From positions 85,337 to 149,336 of the forward strand of contig JBBDRP010000002.1 of the NCBI GenBank assembly GCA_040905385.1: a stretch of DNA of 64,000 nt, given 5' to 3'. This document shows, piece after piece, positions 18,695 to 27,949 of the stretch. Below the pieces are notes generated by a model, which made no database searches, was not told where the DNA came from, and saw only the letters and a program-made list of their open reading frames with translations. The stretch comes from Minisyncoccota bacterium. Its GTDB lineage: Bacteria > Patescibacteriota > Minisyncoccia > Phycocordibacterales > SW-6-46-9. Every line of letters begins with the position of its first letter. Positions within the stretch are counted from its first letter, which is position 1. The position numbers and the translations under genes are program-made.

Positions 18695-18720
18695 CGCACT
18701 AGAGTCACACAGTGACAAAA

Positions 18721-19533
18721 TTAATTATCTACGTTCAGTTGATAGAAGTTTTCAAATAGTTTTGCAATTAGGATCGGGCCAGTACCTTCCGGGGTAGGGG
18801 TGTAAAACTGCAGCTTCTCCAATTCTGCTTTATGAGCTGTATCTAAATCACCGCTGATGCGTCCGTTCTTTTGACCGTATCCAAAATCAATAAACCCCGC
18901 ACCATTCTTTAGCATCTCTGGCTTGACCAGTCCGGCCTGGCCGGTGCCGGATACGACCAGGTCGGCCTCTTTCAGCAGACCCAGATCAGAACCTTTATCG
19001 AGCACGGATACTTCCGGCGCTTTCCCGAAAAACCATGTTGCTACCGGTTTCCCAACCAGGGCACCAGCACCAACAACGGCGACATGCTTATCGTGGATAT
19101 CGAAACTCATCTCTTTCAGAATGGCCTGCACTACTCCAACCGCTGGTGGAAGCACGTGCGGCTCCTCTTGGTACAGACGGCTCACTGCCAACCGGCTGAG
19201 TACGTCAAGATCTTTTTCAGGTGGTATTTGATTAATCAGTTGATTGATCTGAAACCGGCTGTCGAGCGGGAGTTGAATAACAATTCCACCCGTACCTTTA
19301 TCCGCAGCCGCCTGCTGAACTAGCTCCTTAACCGCCGCCTGATCGTGATTGCTTGTTATTCTCTTGATCACAAAAGAAACACCAAGCCTTTCAGCGACTT
19401 GCTTCTTCTGCTGTACAAACCCAAAGGACTGCTGATTGTCATCCAGAAAAACCACCAATAATTTTTCTGGCGTTGGTTGCTGGTTAAGTCGTGCTATAAT
19501 CTCCTCTGCCTTAATTTTTCCATTAATCTTCAT
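18721..19533 (-). CDS. folD: bifunctional methylenetetrahydrofolate dehydrogenase / methenyl-THF cyclohydrolase
   Basis: 270 aa. NAD(P) site VAVVGAGALVGKP, and the C-terminal motif GFIDFGY. Confidence 0.85.
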   Translation of the reverse strand: MKINGKIKAEEIIARLNQQPTPEKLLVVFLDDNQQSFGFVQQKKQVAERLGVSFVIKRITSNHDQAAVKELVQQAAADKGTGGIVIQLPLDSRFQINQLINQIPPEKDLDVLSRLAVSRLYQEEPHVLPPAVGVVQAILKEMSFDIHDKHVAVVGAGALVGKPVATWFFGKAPEVSVLDKGSDLGLLKEADLVVSGTGQAGLVKPEMLKNGAGFIDFGYGQKNGRISGDLDTAHKAELEKLQFYTPTPEGTGPILIAKLFENFYQLNVDN

Positions 19534-19662
19534 AATATTTGTGCTGTTTCCTGCGCAGTATAGATGAAATACCGTCAGCAGGCCAGGTTGTGTATCGCGG
19601 TATCAAAACATGATATTCTTTAGGTAGGTGAAGATACCCAATTAGCAGATAATCTAACGTAT

Positions 19663-20358
19663 ATGGAAGCAAATATAATTCTTGACATAATCATTATTAT
19701 CCTTGCCGTAATTGCACTTGCTGGGTTGTGGAAGACCTTTGAAAAGGCAGGTGAGAAGGGCTGGAAGGGGATCATTCCTGTCTACAATTGCTACGTCATG
19801 CTGCGCCTGACCAAGCATTCAGGTTGGTGGATCGCGGTATTTATTGCTCCGGTACTGCTGCTTATTTTGGTGAGGATTATTTACGGTGGAGAGATCCCAA
19901 ACTCTACTACTGAAAACCCGGATGCCTTTCTCTCGACCATAGGGATTCTGGTGTTGTTGCTTGTGCTTGCCATCATGATTATTCAGACCGTCGTGACCTA
20001 TGAGATGGCTCGGTCTTTTAAAAAGAGGCTTAGCTTTACTTTTGGTCTGATTTTTCTGCCGTTCGTCTTCTGGCCTCTGCTTGGATTTGGAGATGCGCGG
20101 TACGTAGGTCTTTCTGATTCGGACTGTACATGTTCTGGCGAAGGCTGCACCTGTGGTGATAAACAAGAAGCGTCGACAGATAAGGCGGACGAAGAAGAGG
20201 AGAAGGACAGTGCTGAGGCTTTTTCTGATTTTGATAGTGGTACTGATGAAGGTGAAGGAGAGTCTGAAGATGATGAAAGCAACAACAATGAAGATAACAA
20301 GAAAAATGAAGCAGAACACACGAACGGTGACTCTCAAAAGGATTCAGATCAAGGCTAG
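19663..20358 (+). CDS. hypothetical membrane protein with a Cys-rich motif and a long acidic tail
   Basis: 4 TM helices, CTCSGEGCTCGD, then about 70 aa rich in D/E/S/N. Confidence 0.5.
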   Translation: MEANIILDIIIIILAVIALAGLWKTFEKAGEKGWKGIIPVYNCYVMLRLTKHSGWWIAVFIAPVLLLILVRIIYGGEIPNSTTENPDAFLSTIGILVLLLVLAIMIIQTVVTYEMARSFKKRLSFTFGLIFLPFVFWPLLGFGDARYVGLSDSDCTCSGEGCTCGDKQEASTDKADEEEEKDSAEAFSDFDSGTDEGEGESEDDESNNNEDNKKNEAEHTNGDSQKDSDQG

Positions 20359-20465
20359 TAGTCTTGCTACTCATCAGCTGCTAAACACGACACCTGGATG
20401 TCGTGTTTTTGTATTTGGCCAAACTGCGTATAATGGAGATACTACTTACTAACCATTACGTATAT

Positions 20466-21050
20466 ATGTCTCACGAACTACCAGAACTGCCATACCTATA
20501 CGATGCACTGCAGCCGGGAATTGATGAGCGAACGATGAAGATTCATCACGACAAGCATCACGCTGGTTATGTCAAAAAGCTCAATGTGGCGTTGGCTTCA
20601 TATCCAGACCTGGTTGATATGTCTGTTGAGAAATTACTAAAAAATCTGCAGGCCCTGGATGTTTCCGACGCCGACCGTACCGCCATCCGCCAGAACGGTG
20701 GTGGGCATGCCAATCACTCACTTTTCTGGGAGATAATGGGCCCAGAAAAGGAGGTAGATGAGGAGCTTGTCTCCGAGATCGAGGATGCCTGGGGGTCAGT
20801 GGACGGCTTCAAGGATGAGTTTGCCGAGATTGCCAGCGGCCGCTTCGGAAGCGGTTGGGCCTGGCTAGTCCGTGACGAAGGCGGCGAGCTCTCCATCTAC
20901 TCTACGGCTAATCAGGACTCACCACTACTGACCGGCGATACACCAATCATTGGTCTGGATGTCTGGGAGCACGCCTACTATCTTCAGTATCAGAATGAGC
21001 GGGGGTCTTACATCGACGCGTGGTTTGATGTGTTAAAGCTACTCCCGTAG
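20466..21050 (+). CDS. sodA: Fe/Mn superoxide dismutase
   Basis: LPELPY..L.P.I...M.IHH.KHH..YV and WEHAYYL motifs. Start chosen at MSHELPELPY. TATAAT at 20428. Confidence 0.85.
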   Translation: MSHELPELPYLYDALQPGIDERTMKIHHDKHHAGYVKKLNVALASYPDLVDMSVEKLLKNLQALDVSDADRTAIRQNGGGHANHSLFWEIMGPEKEVDEELVSEIEDAWGSVDGFKDEFAEIASGRFGSGWAWLVRDEGGELSIYSTANQDSPLLTGDTPIIGLDVWEHAYYLQYQNERGSYIDAWFDVLKLLP

Positions 21051-21321
21051 CTTTAAATAGAGAGCCAATCGTGTCAGCCGGCAGATTTCTTTGTCAGCGC
21101 CTGCGGTTCTCACTCACCTTATTGTTATCATAAGGCTCGCTTCGCTCCTCGGCGCTTTCGCGAACTCTGCTCACCTGAGCACGATTTACGTTCGTGGTAT
21201 ACCGCCTACATTTTTTTTGTTTGTTTTAATCAGCCTACTTGGGCTGGTTTTGGAATAGTATTAAAAAATGCCTCCTGAATTAAATTAGCAGAAGGCATTT
21301 AAGTTGTTGTTATTTTTCAGA

Positions 21322-21621
21322 TCAGAATTTGATTTCCATATCTGCTTTACTGGGATCGGGACCATCTGGTATGAGTATACATTTCTTATTTTCTGGCATT
21401 CGATAAAGTCTGGCTGTAAAGTACTCATCTTCTTCATAATCATCTTGATTTTGAAGAGCTTTTTTTACTTCAGGATCTTTCGGCGGCAGTGCTGCTTTGA
21501 GGGTCGTTGCAACCTCTTTTTCAGTATCAGCTTTTACTAGATAAGTTGTAGTGAAAAAAGAGGTCCATTTATGCATACCGATATACGGAGTAGTAAGAGT
21601 AACTAGAAAAATAGTGTTCAT
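21322..21621 (-). CDS. hypothetical small secreted protein
   Basis: 99 aa with a signal-peptide-like N-terminus. AT-rich. Terminator hairpin at 21268-21302 on the minus strand. Confidence 0.4.
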   Translation of the reverse strand: MNTIFLVTLTTPYIGMHKWTSFFTTTYLVKADTEKEVATTLKAALPPKDPEVKKALQNQDDYEEDEYFTARLYRMPENKKCILIPDGPDPSKADMEIKF

Positions 21622-21708
21622 GATCTTGGGATTTAGTTTGGGGTTGTTACAGAACTACCTGCTAGAGTAGACCATAGATGCAATCTCTTCAAGTTTATTT
21701 TTGCTATA

Positions 21709-22464
21709 GTGGTAGCCATGAAATTAATTACATTAAATGTTTGGGGTGGTTTAAAAGAGCAAGAACTGGTGGATTTCTTTCAGCAGAAGAAGGGTGAGGT
21801 TGATATTTTCTGCTTACAGGAGGTAAATCACGATGCAGAAGGAAAGAATTCTGATTTTCCTGATGATAACCACACTTTTCTTGCCGATACTGCCGCTATA
21901 TTAGAAGGGTACGATTACTACTTTTATCCGAGTATCGAGGATCACTACGGATTAGCCTCTTTTGTACGCAAGGGAATTAAAGTGGTAGATGAAGGGGATG
22001 AATTTGTGAGTGGAGAACATGGTCAGGCGTATGACCTGGAAACAGACAAGGATCATGCTCGTAATGTGCAGTTTCTTGAGATAGAAGAAGCTGGTGCGAA
22101 TTTTTTGATTCATAACTTCCACGGTATGTGGACGAAAGAAGGAAAGATTGATACTCCAAAGCGAATTCAGCAGGCAAAAAATATTGCGAATCATCTTAAG
22201 GATCAAAAATTACCACAAATAATTGCGGGTGATTTTAATTCTCGACCAGACACCCAGAGCATGAAGATCATTGAAGAGGCTGGATTACGAAATCTGGTGA
22301 AAGAGTATGGCGTCACTGATACGCGGACAGGGTTTTATGAAAAGGAGGAGCGCTTTGCCGACTACATTCTCGTTTCGGATGGTGTGCAGGTAAATGACTT
22401 CAAGGTACTGCCAGACGAAGTATCTGACCACGCGCCGCTGTACCTGGATTTTGCTATTATGTGA
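21709..22464 (+). CDS. endonuclease/exonuclease/phosphatase (EEP) family protein
   Basis: N-terminal LNVWGG..CLQEV and C-terminal SDHAPL motifs. Confidence 0.7.
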   Translation: MVAMKLITLNVWGGLKEQELVDFFQQKKGEVDIFCLQEVNHDAEGKNSDFPDDNHTFLADTAAILEGYDYYFYPSIEDHYGLASFVRKGIKVVDEGDEFVSGEHGQAYDLETDKDHARNVQFLEIEEAGANFLIHNFHGMWTKEGKIDTPKRIQQAKNIANHLKDQKLPQIIAGDFNSRPDTQSMKIIEEAGLRNLVKEYGVTDTRTGFYEKEERFADYILVSDGVQVNDFKVLPDEVSDHAPLYLDFAIM

Positions 22465-23057
22465 TTACAATGATCGTACTTGATACGGAGACAACTGGTA
22501 TTGACCCGCAAAAATGTTCGTTACTTTCGATTGGCGCTCTTGAGTTTGAGAATCCCAAGAACCAGTTTTATGGCGAATGTAGAATTTTTGATGGAGCAGT
22601 TGTGCATGATAAAGCACTGGAAGTTAATGGGTTCTCTGAAGCTGAAGCCGTTGATCCAGAAAAGCCATCACCGGGTGAGTTGCTGAGTTCTTTCTTCGCC
22701 TGGTCGAAGAGTTGCGCAGAAAGAGATGTTGCTGGTCATAATGTTACTTTTGACACTGGTTTCTTACTAGCCCAGGCGGATCGTGACAATCTCACGTATC
22801 CTTTTTCGCATCGTGTTGTTGATACATATTCATTGGCCTGGATGCATATGGTGCAGTCGGGAGAGGAGATTCCACGCAAAGGTGATTGGTCTAGCATCGA
22901 TTCTGATTTTATATTCAACTATGTTGGTATTAGCCAGGAGCGTGGCGAGCATAATGCGTTGGAGGACGCCAAGCTCACTGCCGAGGCTATTTCACGACTG
23001 GCGTACAACAAGCAGCTTCTGGAAGAGTATCAACAATTTCCCATTCCGTGGAAATAG
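22461..23057 (+). CDS. DEDDh 3'-5' exonuclease (DnaQ / DNA polymerase III epsilon-like)
   Basis: Exo I VLDTETTG, Exo II GHNVTFDTGFL, Exo III HNALEDAKLTA. Confidence 0.75.
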   Translation: MITMIVLDTETTGIDPQKCSLLSIGALEFENPKNQFYGECRIFDGAVVHDKALEVNGFSEAEAVDPEKPSPGELLSSFFAWSKSCAERDVAGHNVTFDTGFLLAQADRDNLTYPFSHRVVDTYSLAWMHMVQSGEEIPRKGDWSSIDSDFIFNYVGISQERGEHNALEDAKLTAEAISRLAYNKQLLEEYQQFPIPWK

Positions 23058-23092
23058 ACCCACTTACTTAAAGTTTGGATAGATAAAATAAA

Positions 23093-23119
23093 CCCCGAGG
23101 CGCTGATCTGCGCTCGGGG
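23093..23119. terminator. bidirectional terminator hairpin between convergent genes
   Basis: CCCCGAGGCGC TGATCT GCGCTCGGGG flanked by A-rich and T-rich runs. Confidence 0.55.
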
Positions 23120-23131
23120 TGTTGGTTTGAA

Positions 23132-23425
23132 TTACTGATAACGAACCTTTTTCAAATGAATGATCGCATTCTTCACAATCTCGGTCAGCCTCCTTTCTTT
23201 CATTTCGTCATTTAATAAAGGATTCATAAGCCCAGCCTGCGCCCAGGAATTTCGGATAATGCTTTCTGTGTACTTTTCACAGCGAAGCTCCCTTAATGCT
23301 TCCGGTGCGTTTTCGTAGAGTTTATTGATAAACTGCATCATGATGGGTTTCTGTGCCCTTGCTTCTTTTCTTAGTTCGTCCAAGAGTTCTTTCACGGTTC
23401 TTTCAACTTTCATGGCTTTATCCAT
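23132..23425 (-). CDS. hypothetical protein
   Basis: 97 aa hydrophilic ORF convergent with the exonuclease gene. Confidence 0.45.
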   Translation of the reverse strand: MDKAMKVERTVKELLDELRKEARAQKPIMMQFINKLYENAPEALRELRCEKYTESIIRNSWAQAGLMNPLLNDEMKERRLTEIVKNAIIHLKKVRYQ

Positions 23426-23552
23426 AACAACCTCCTGGTTGTATTTATTAAAGAATTTTAGTTTAAGCTGCTCTTAGCTTGTCATGTAAAAAAGACTTCG
23501 TCAAGAGATTTTTCGTTGCAATTTGTTTTGTAAGCCTTACAATAAGCAACAT

Positions 23553-24260
23553 ATGAAAACAATACTTACAATTATAGGACTCGCAATTTTAGCCGTAATC
23601 ATTTTCTTTGTGATTGGTGGCAACACGGCCGATGCGCCGACAAACACGGCTACTTCGACTGACGAGGTGGCAACCAGCACAGAAGCAGAGCTTGAAGCTA
23701 ATGTGTCAGACGGTGAGTACACCGTCGATACGGAGAATTCAATAGTAACCTGGAAGGCCGAAAAGAGCTTCGTGGACGGATACGCTGACAGCGGATTTAT
23801 TCCCGTATCAACCGGGACAATCACTGTTGCTGAGGGGGTTGTTGCTACAAGTAGCATTACACTAAACGTGGCGGAAATAACAGCTACTGAGACCTCAAAT
23901 ATCAACGTTGGCGTGGATCGGCTTACCAGTCATCTGCGCAGCGATGATTTCTTTGCCACCGAGGAGTTTCCTGAAGCAAGCTTTACCGTTACCAATATTG
24001 AAGCAGTAGAGGGAAGTGAAACCACTTACAACGTAACCGGTGATCTTACTATCAAAGGCGAGACAAACGAAATTACCTTCCCGGCTGAGATTGGGATGGA
24101 TGATTCCCAACTGGTCGTTTCCGGCAGCACCGTGATTGACCGTACCGAGTGGGATGTACGCTTCCGATCCCCGTCATTCTTTAACGACCTTGGTGACAAC
24201 GCGATTGCCGACGAGGTTTCCATTACCTTCGATCTGGTAACACACTCTACCGCTAACTAA
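23553..24260 (+). CDS. YceI-like periplasmic protein
   Basis: Signal anchor followed by a YceI-like domain (WKAEK..., TGDLTIKGETNEITF). Start chosen at MKTIL. Confidence 0.65.
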   Translation: MKTILTIIGLAILAVIIFFVIGGNTADAPTNTATSTDEVATSTEAELEANVSDGEYTVDTENSIVTWKAEKSFVDGYADSGFIPVSTGTITVAEGVVATSSITLNVAEITATETSNINVGVDRLTSHLRSDDFFATEEFPEASFTVTNIEAVEGSETTYNVTGDLTIKGETNEITFPAEIGMDDSQLVVSGSTVIDRTEWDVRFRSPSFFNDLGDNAIADEVSITFDLVTHSTAN

Positions 24261-24308
24261 TAATTAAGAGCTAATTTGCTAATAGCTAACCGCTAAAGGC
24301 TCGCTTAT

Positions 24309-25100
24309 ATGACTTACATAGACGAACGCTATTCAACACCACTTACAAAAGTTGTACTGGCCCTACTACTGATCGTTACTTTTTTCTTTGTGGTGATGTC
24401 AGTAAACGAGATTCGTGAAGGTGCCTACATCGGTCAGTCATCTGATGTGCAGAACACAATTTCGGTAAATGGTAAGGGCGAAGCCACCGCCATTCCGGAC
24501 ACGGCCAAGTTTACGGTTGGTGTAACACATGAAGCTGATACGGCAGAGGAGGCACAGACGCAGTCGAGTGAGGCGATGAATGAAATAATTAATTATCTTG
24601 CAGATGCAGGAATTGCTGAAGAAGATATCAAGACGATCAATTACAATGTCTCTCCTCGGTATGAATACTACGAAGCCCAGATTAGCCGACCGGGTGGTCA
24701 GCGTCAGCTAGTGGGGTATGAGGTAAGTCAGACCATTGAGGTTACGACTGATGATCTTGATCGTGCAGGCGAGCTACTCAGCGGCGTTGGTAGTCGTGGT
24801 GCTGACCGTGTTTCTGGATTACAGTTTGTTGTTGATGACGAGGAAGGGGTGCTGCGAGAGGCACGTGGAAATGCCATCGCTGATGCCCGTATAAATGCCG
24901 AGCAACTTGCCGAGGATCTTGGCGTACGTCTTGATGGAGTTGTTGGTTACAACGAGCTTGGTGGCGTCTCACCAATGTATCGTATGGAGCAGGCTGCTTT
25001 TGCAGATGATGCTGGTATGGGTGGCGGTGTATCTCCACAACTCCCGACTGGTGAGAATCGAGTAGAGTCTCGTGTTCAAGTGATTTATAAAATCAGGTAG
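24309..25100 (+). CDS. SIMPL / DUF541 (26 kDa periplasmic immunogenic protein) family protein
   Basis: N-terminal TM anchor. ISVNGKGEA..PDTA.F.VGV is typical of SIMPL. Confidence 0.6.
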   Translation: MTYIDERYSTPLTKVVLALLLIVTFFFVVMSVNEIREGAYIGQSSDVQNTISVNGKGEATAIPDTAKFTVGVTHEADTAEEAQTQSSEAMNEIINYLADAGIAEEDIKTINYNVSPRYEYYEAQISRPGGQRQLVGYEVSQTIEVTTDDLDRAGELLSGVGSRGADRVSGLQFVVDDEEGVLREARGNAIADARINAEQLAEDLGVRLDGVVGYNELGGVSPMYRMEQAAFADDAGMGGGVSPQLPTGENRVESRVQVIYKIR

Positions 25101-25122
25101 TGTTCACATTCTTCTTTTGTGT

Positions 25123-25222
25123 GTGCACAAATAATTCTCCAGCGAAGAATTTTATCCGCTCGCGTGATTTTTCCACTACGTGAAAACCGTGCAAATTACG
25201 CTGCGCGAGGCGCCACAAAAGA
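25123..25222 (+). repeat. Family-1 structured intergenic repeat, copy B
   Basis: ACAAATAA + TTCTCCAGCGAAGAA hairpin + TTTTATCCGCTCG + hairpin with CGTGCAAAT + CTGCGCGAGGCGCC. Confidence 0.75.
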
Positions 25223-25372
25223 AAACGTTCTCTTTCAAGATAAAAAACCGCACAAATGTGAGGTTTTGTGCTGATTATATCAACAGATTGCTTGACCTAT
25301 ATTAAATTTTGTTCTACTCTCTACTTAGATAGATTCACCTTCACATAAATTCACAATCAAAACAGGATTCTT

Positions 25373-26128
25373 ATGAAAAAACTGACTGCATTCCTATCAC
25401 TACTGATACTCACTGTCTCTGTACCGACCATTGCTGCAGCTGTTCAGTCTGACGTAACCAATCCAACCGACCGCCTTGTCTTCCAAGGAATTGCTGAAAA
25501 TAACTTTAGTTCAGTCGATAAACGAAATCTTGCTCGTGGAGAAGTGATTGAGAAAGAATTTCTTCAACCCGCCTTCCCGGCTAAACTTTTTCCCGTGGTT
25601 GAGCGGAGACAAAAAAGTATTATAGCTAATTTCTCTGCAGATAATTCCGGGATTGTAACCGAGGTGCCTGGAACTCGAAAAGAGTCCATGATAACCGAAA
25701 GCTCCTCAAGAGGACTACTGACTTCAATAGCGTGGTTAGTAATTCCATTCGCCAGTATTTTCTTTTTTGCGCTTTCTAGACCAAATAACAAAAAGCATGA
25801 AAAGGACTTCAAGAAGTTCGCCTTATCTTCTGGATCAATTGTTCTCGTCAGTCTTTTGGCCGGTGCGTATATTGGACCAACAGTCGGCTTACTTGTTGGA
25901 GCCGTTGGTGGAGTTATCATTGGAGCCGTCTATCTTTCTTTGTTCGGCTTCTTTGCTACATTTCTGTCAGCTGGGACCGTCGGTTACTATGCAGGAATCA
26001 TGACAGGGGCTGATACATCCTTAGGGATACTTTACTCGTACTGGGGGTTATACCTATTAGTATGCGCCCTAGCGGTTTTGGCTCGATGGGGTCAGAATCA
26101 CTCTACTACTGAACTCATAACAGGGTAG
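25373..26128 (+). CDS. hypothetical secreted/membrane protein
   Basis: Signal peptide, soluble domain, then C-terminal TM helices rich in G/A. Confidence 0.5.
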   Translation: MKKLTAFLSLLILTVSVPTIAAAVQSDVTNPTDRLVFQGIAENNFSSVDKRNLARGEVIEKEFLQPAFPAKLFPVVERRQKSIIANFSADNSGIVTEVPGTRKESMITESSSRGLLTSIAWLVIPFASIFFFALSRPNNKKHEKDFKKFALSSGSIVLVSLLAGAYIGPTVGLLVGAVGGVIIGAVYLSLFGFFATFLSAGTVGYYAGIMTGADTSLGILYSYWGLYLLVCALAVLARWGQNHSTTELITG

Positions 26129-26151
26129 TAATTAAAACATTAATTTATTGG

Positions 26152-26180
26152 AACGCACTGATTTAATCAGTGCGTTTTTT
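26152..26180 (+). terminator. Rho-independent terminator
   Basis: AACGCACTG ATTTAAT CAGTGCGTT followed by TTTTT. Confidence 0.6.
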
Positions 26181-26549
26181 ACTTTTTTACCCCAAAATCT
26201 CTGGTTTGTGGGTTTACATGCAGATAAATTTTTGCTACATTTATCCATGCAGCGCCAAAGACCACAGGCAAAGCTTGCGCAATTTCTAATGACCAATTCC
26301 TAATTTCTAGTTACTTTTAGAGATTAGATATTCCGATTTAGAAATTCGAGCGTAGCGAGTAAGTCCTGTCGAGGCCGCACAGACTCCAGATTTTTTGTAT
26401 TTGGATACGTTGCGGTGGCTTGGCGCCACCGCTTTTTTTATTGAGCGGTTAGCGAAATACCAGGTTAAACATCCCGCTAAAGCGGGATAAAATCGTAGAT
26501 TTTGTTCAACACGGGTAATGATCACTTTATTCACTAGATCGAAATAATT

Positions 26550-27047
26550 ATGGCACTAACACGAACACAAAAGACAGAAGTGCTTGCAGACCTGAGAGAG
26601 ATCCTGGATCAGGATCAGACTGTCACCTTTGTTCGTTTTGATCGTCTGTCTGTTGGCCGTATCGATGAGTTGCGAAGTCAGCTTCGCGAGGATGATGTAC
26701 GCCTACAGGTTGTTAAAAAGACGCTACTTGGTGTGGCGCTTGATGATGCCGAGATTCCTGGTGATAAGCCAGAATTTCCGGGTCAGATTGCCCTCACGTA
26801 TGGTCCTGGCAAAACAGCTTCTGCCCGCGGTTTGCACAACTTCAAGGTTGATGCAGATGCTGGTGAAGAGCTCGAGATTGTCGGCGGTATCTTCAATGGG
26901 GAGTACCGAGGCCAAGAGTCAATGATGGAGATCGCTCAGATTCCATCCACCGAAGAGTTGCGAGGTATGTTTGTTAACCTTATCAGCTCACCGGTCAGTG
27001 GCTTTGCAGTAGCACTTGATCAATACGCACAAAAGCAGGAAGCATAA
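26550..27047 (+). CDS. rplJ: 50S ribosomal protein L10
   Basis: MALTRTQK..VTFVRFDRLSV..LR.QLRE..V.L.VVKKTL matches L10. Confidence 0.9.
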   Translation: MALTRTQKTEVLADLREILDQDQTVTFVRFDRLSVGRIDELRSQLREDDVRLQVVKKTLLGVALDDAEIPGDKPEFPGQIALTYGPGKTASARGLHNFKVDADAGEELEIVGGIFNGEYRGQESMMEIAQIPSTEELRGMFVNLISSPVSGFAVALDQYAQKQEA

Positions 27048-27108
27048 ACGGAAAATTTTTATCACGTCTGACGTGATCTAATTAATAATATCTAATTTCT
27101 AATTAATT

Positions 27109-27666
27109 ATGGCTGAAGAAAAAAACAACGAAGAGGAGAAGAAGGAGGAAGAGGAAAGTGAAGAGGAGGAGACCGAAGAAGCAGAAGAAGAAAAGGAAGA
27201 GGAAGCAACCGAAGAAGAAGAGTCAGCAGATGACGAAGCCGACGATGCTGATGACGCAGATGAATCTGAGGACACAGAGGAAGAAGGTGAGGATGTAGAG
27301 GTTCCAGAGAAGTTTGCTGACATTGTCGAAGAGATCGAAGGTATGCCTGTTATCGAGCTGAACGAGCTGGTAAAGCTTCTGGAAAAGAAGTGGGGCGTAT
27401 CTGCACAGGCAGTAGCTGCTGCCGGTGGTGGCGGTGGAGAAGAGGAAGAGGAAAAGGATGCCTACGATGTAGAGCTAACTGACTTCGGTGACTCCAAGAT
27501 TGGTGTTATCAAGGCAGTAAAGAGCGCGCTTGGTCTGGGTCTAAAAGAGGCCAAGGGACTCGTTGAGGACGCACCAGTTGTACTGAAAGAAAAGGTTGCA
27601 ACTGAGGATGCTGAGGCGATGAAGGAGGCGATTGAAGAGGCGGGTGGAAGTGTGGAATTGAAGTAG
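27109..27666 (+). CDS. rplL: 50S ribosomal protein L7/L12 with an N-terminal poly-acidic extension of about 60 aa
   Basis: C-terminal two thirds match L12: [48 protein letters not shown]. There is no in-frame start between the M at 27109 and the conserved domain. Confidence 0.8.
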   Translation: MAEEKNNEEEKKEEEESEEEETEEAEEEKEEEATEEEESADDEADDADDADESEDTEEEGEDVEVPEKFADIVEEIEGMPVIELNELVKLLEKKWGVSAQAVAAAGGGGGEEEEEKDAYDVELTDFGDSKIGVIKAVKSALGLGLKEAKGLVEDAPVVLKEKVATEDAEAMKEAIEEAGGSVELK

Positions 27667-27685
27667 CTTGAAGTTTATCTACTTA

Positions 27686-27788
27686 CTGCACTACAAGTAA
27701 ATTCCCAGCGGGAATTTCTATCTGCTCAGCATCGCAGTCCCGTGCATACGGGACATCATGCTGCGATGCTTGCGCAAGGCTTGTAAGC
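27686..27788 (+). repeat. Family-1 structured intergenic repeat, copy C
   Basis: CTGCACTACAAGTAA + ATTCCCAGCGGGAAT hairpin + TTCTATCTGCTCAG + nested hairpin + CTTGCGCAAGGCTTGTAAG. Confidence 0.75.
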
Positions 27789-27830
27789 AGATAACACTTC
27801 ACACCGCCTCGAGGGAGGTTAAGGTAAAAA

Positions 27831-27857
27831 AGACTGCCCAGTGGGCAGTCTTTTTTG
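27831..27857 (+). terminator. Rho-independent terminator
   Basis: AGACTGCCCA GT GGGCAGTCT followed by TTTTTT. Confidence 0.6.
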
Positions 27858-27949
27858 TTGGCTCGATAAGAGAAAATAAATTGACAATTCTTCTTTAAAT
27901 CTGTACTTTAATATTAAATGTAATCTTAACAACTAAATAGGAGGTGCCT

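Noticed and set aside
27099-27323. Minus-strand ORF encoding a poly-Ser/Ala protein
   Set aside because: It is the antisense reading of the GAA/GAG-rich acidic extension of rplL, a low-complexity artefact.
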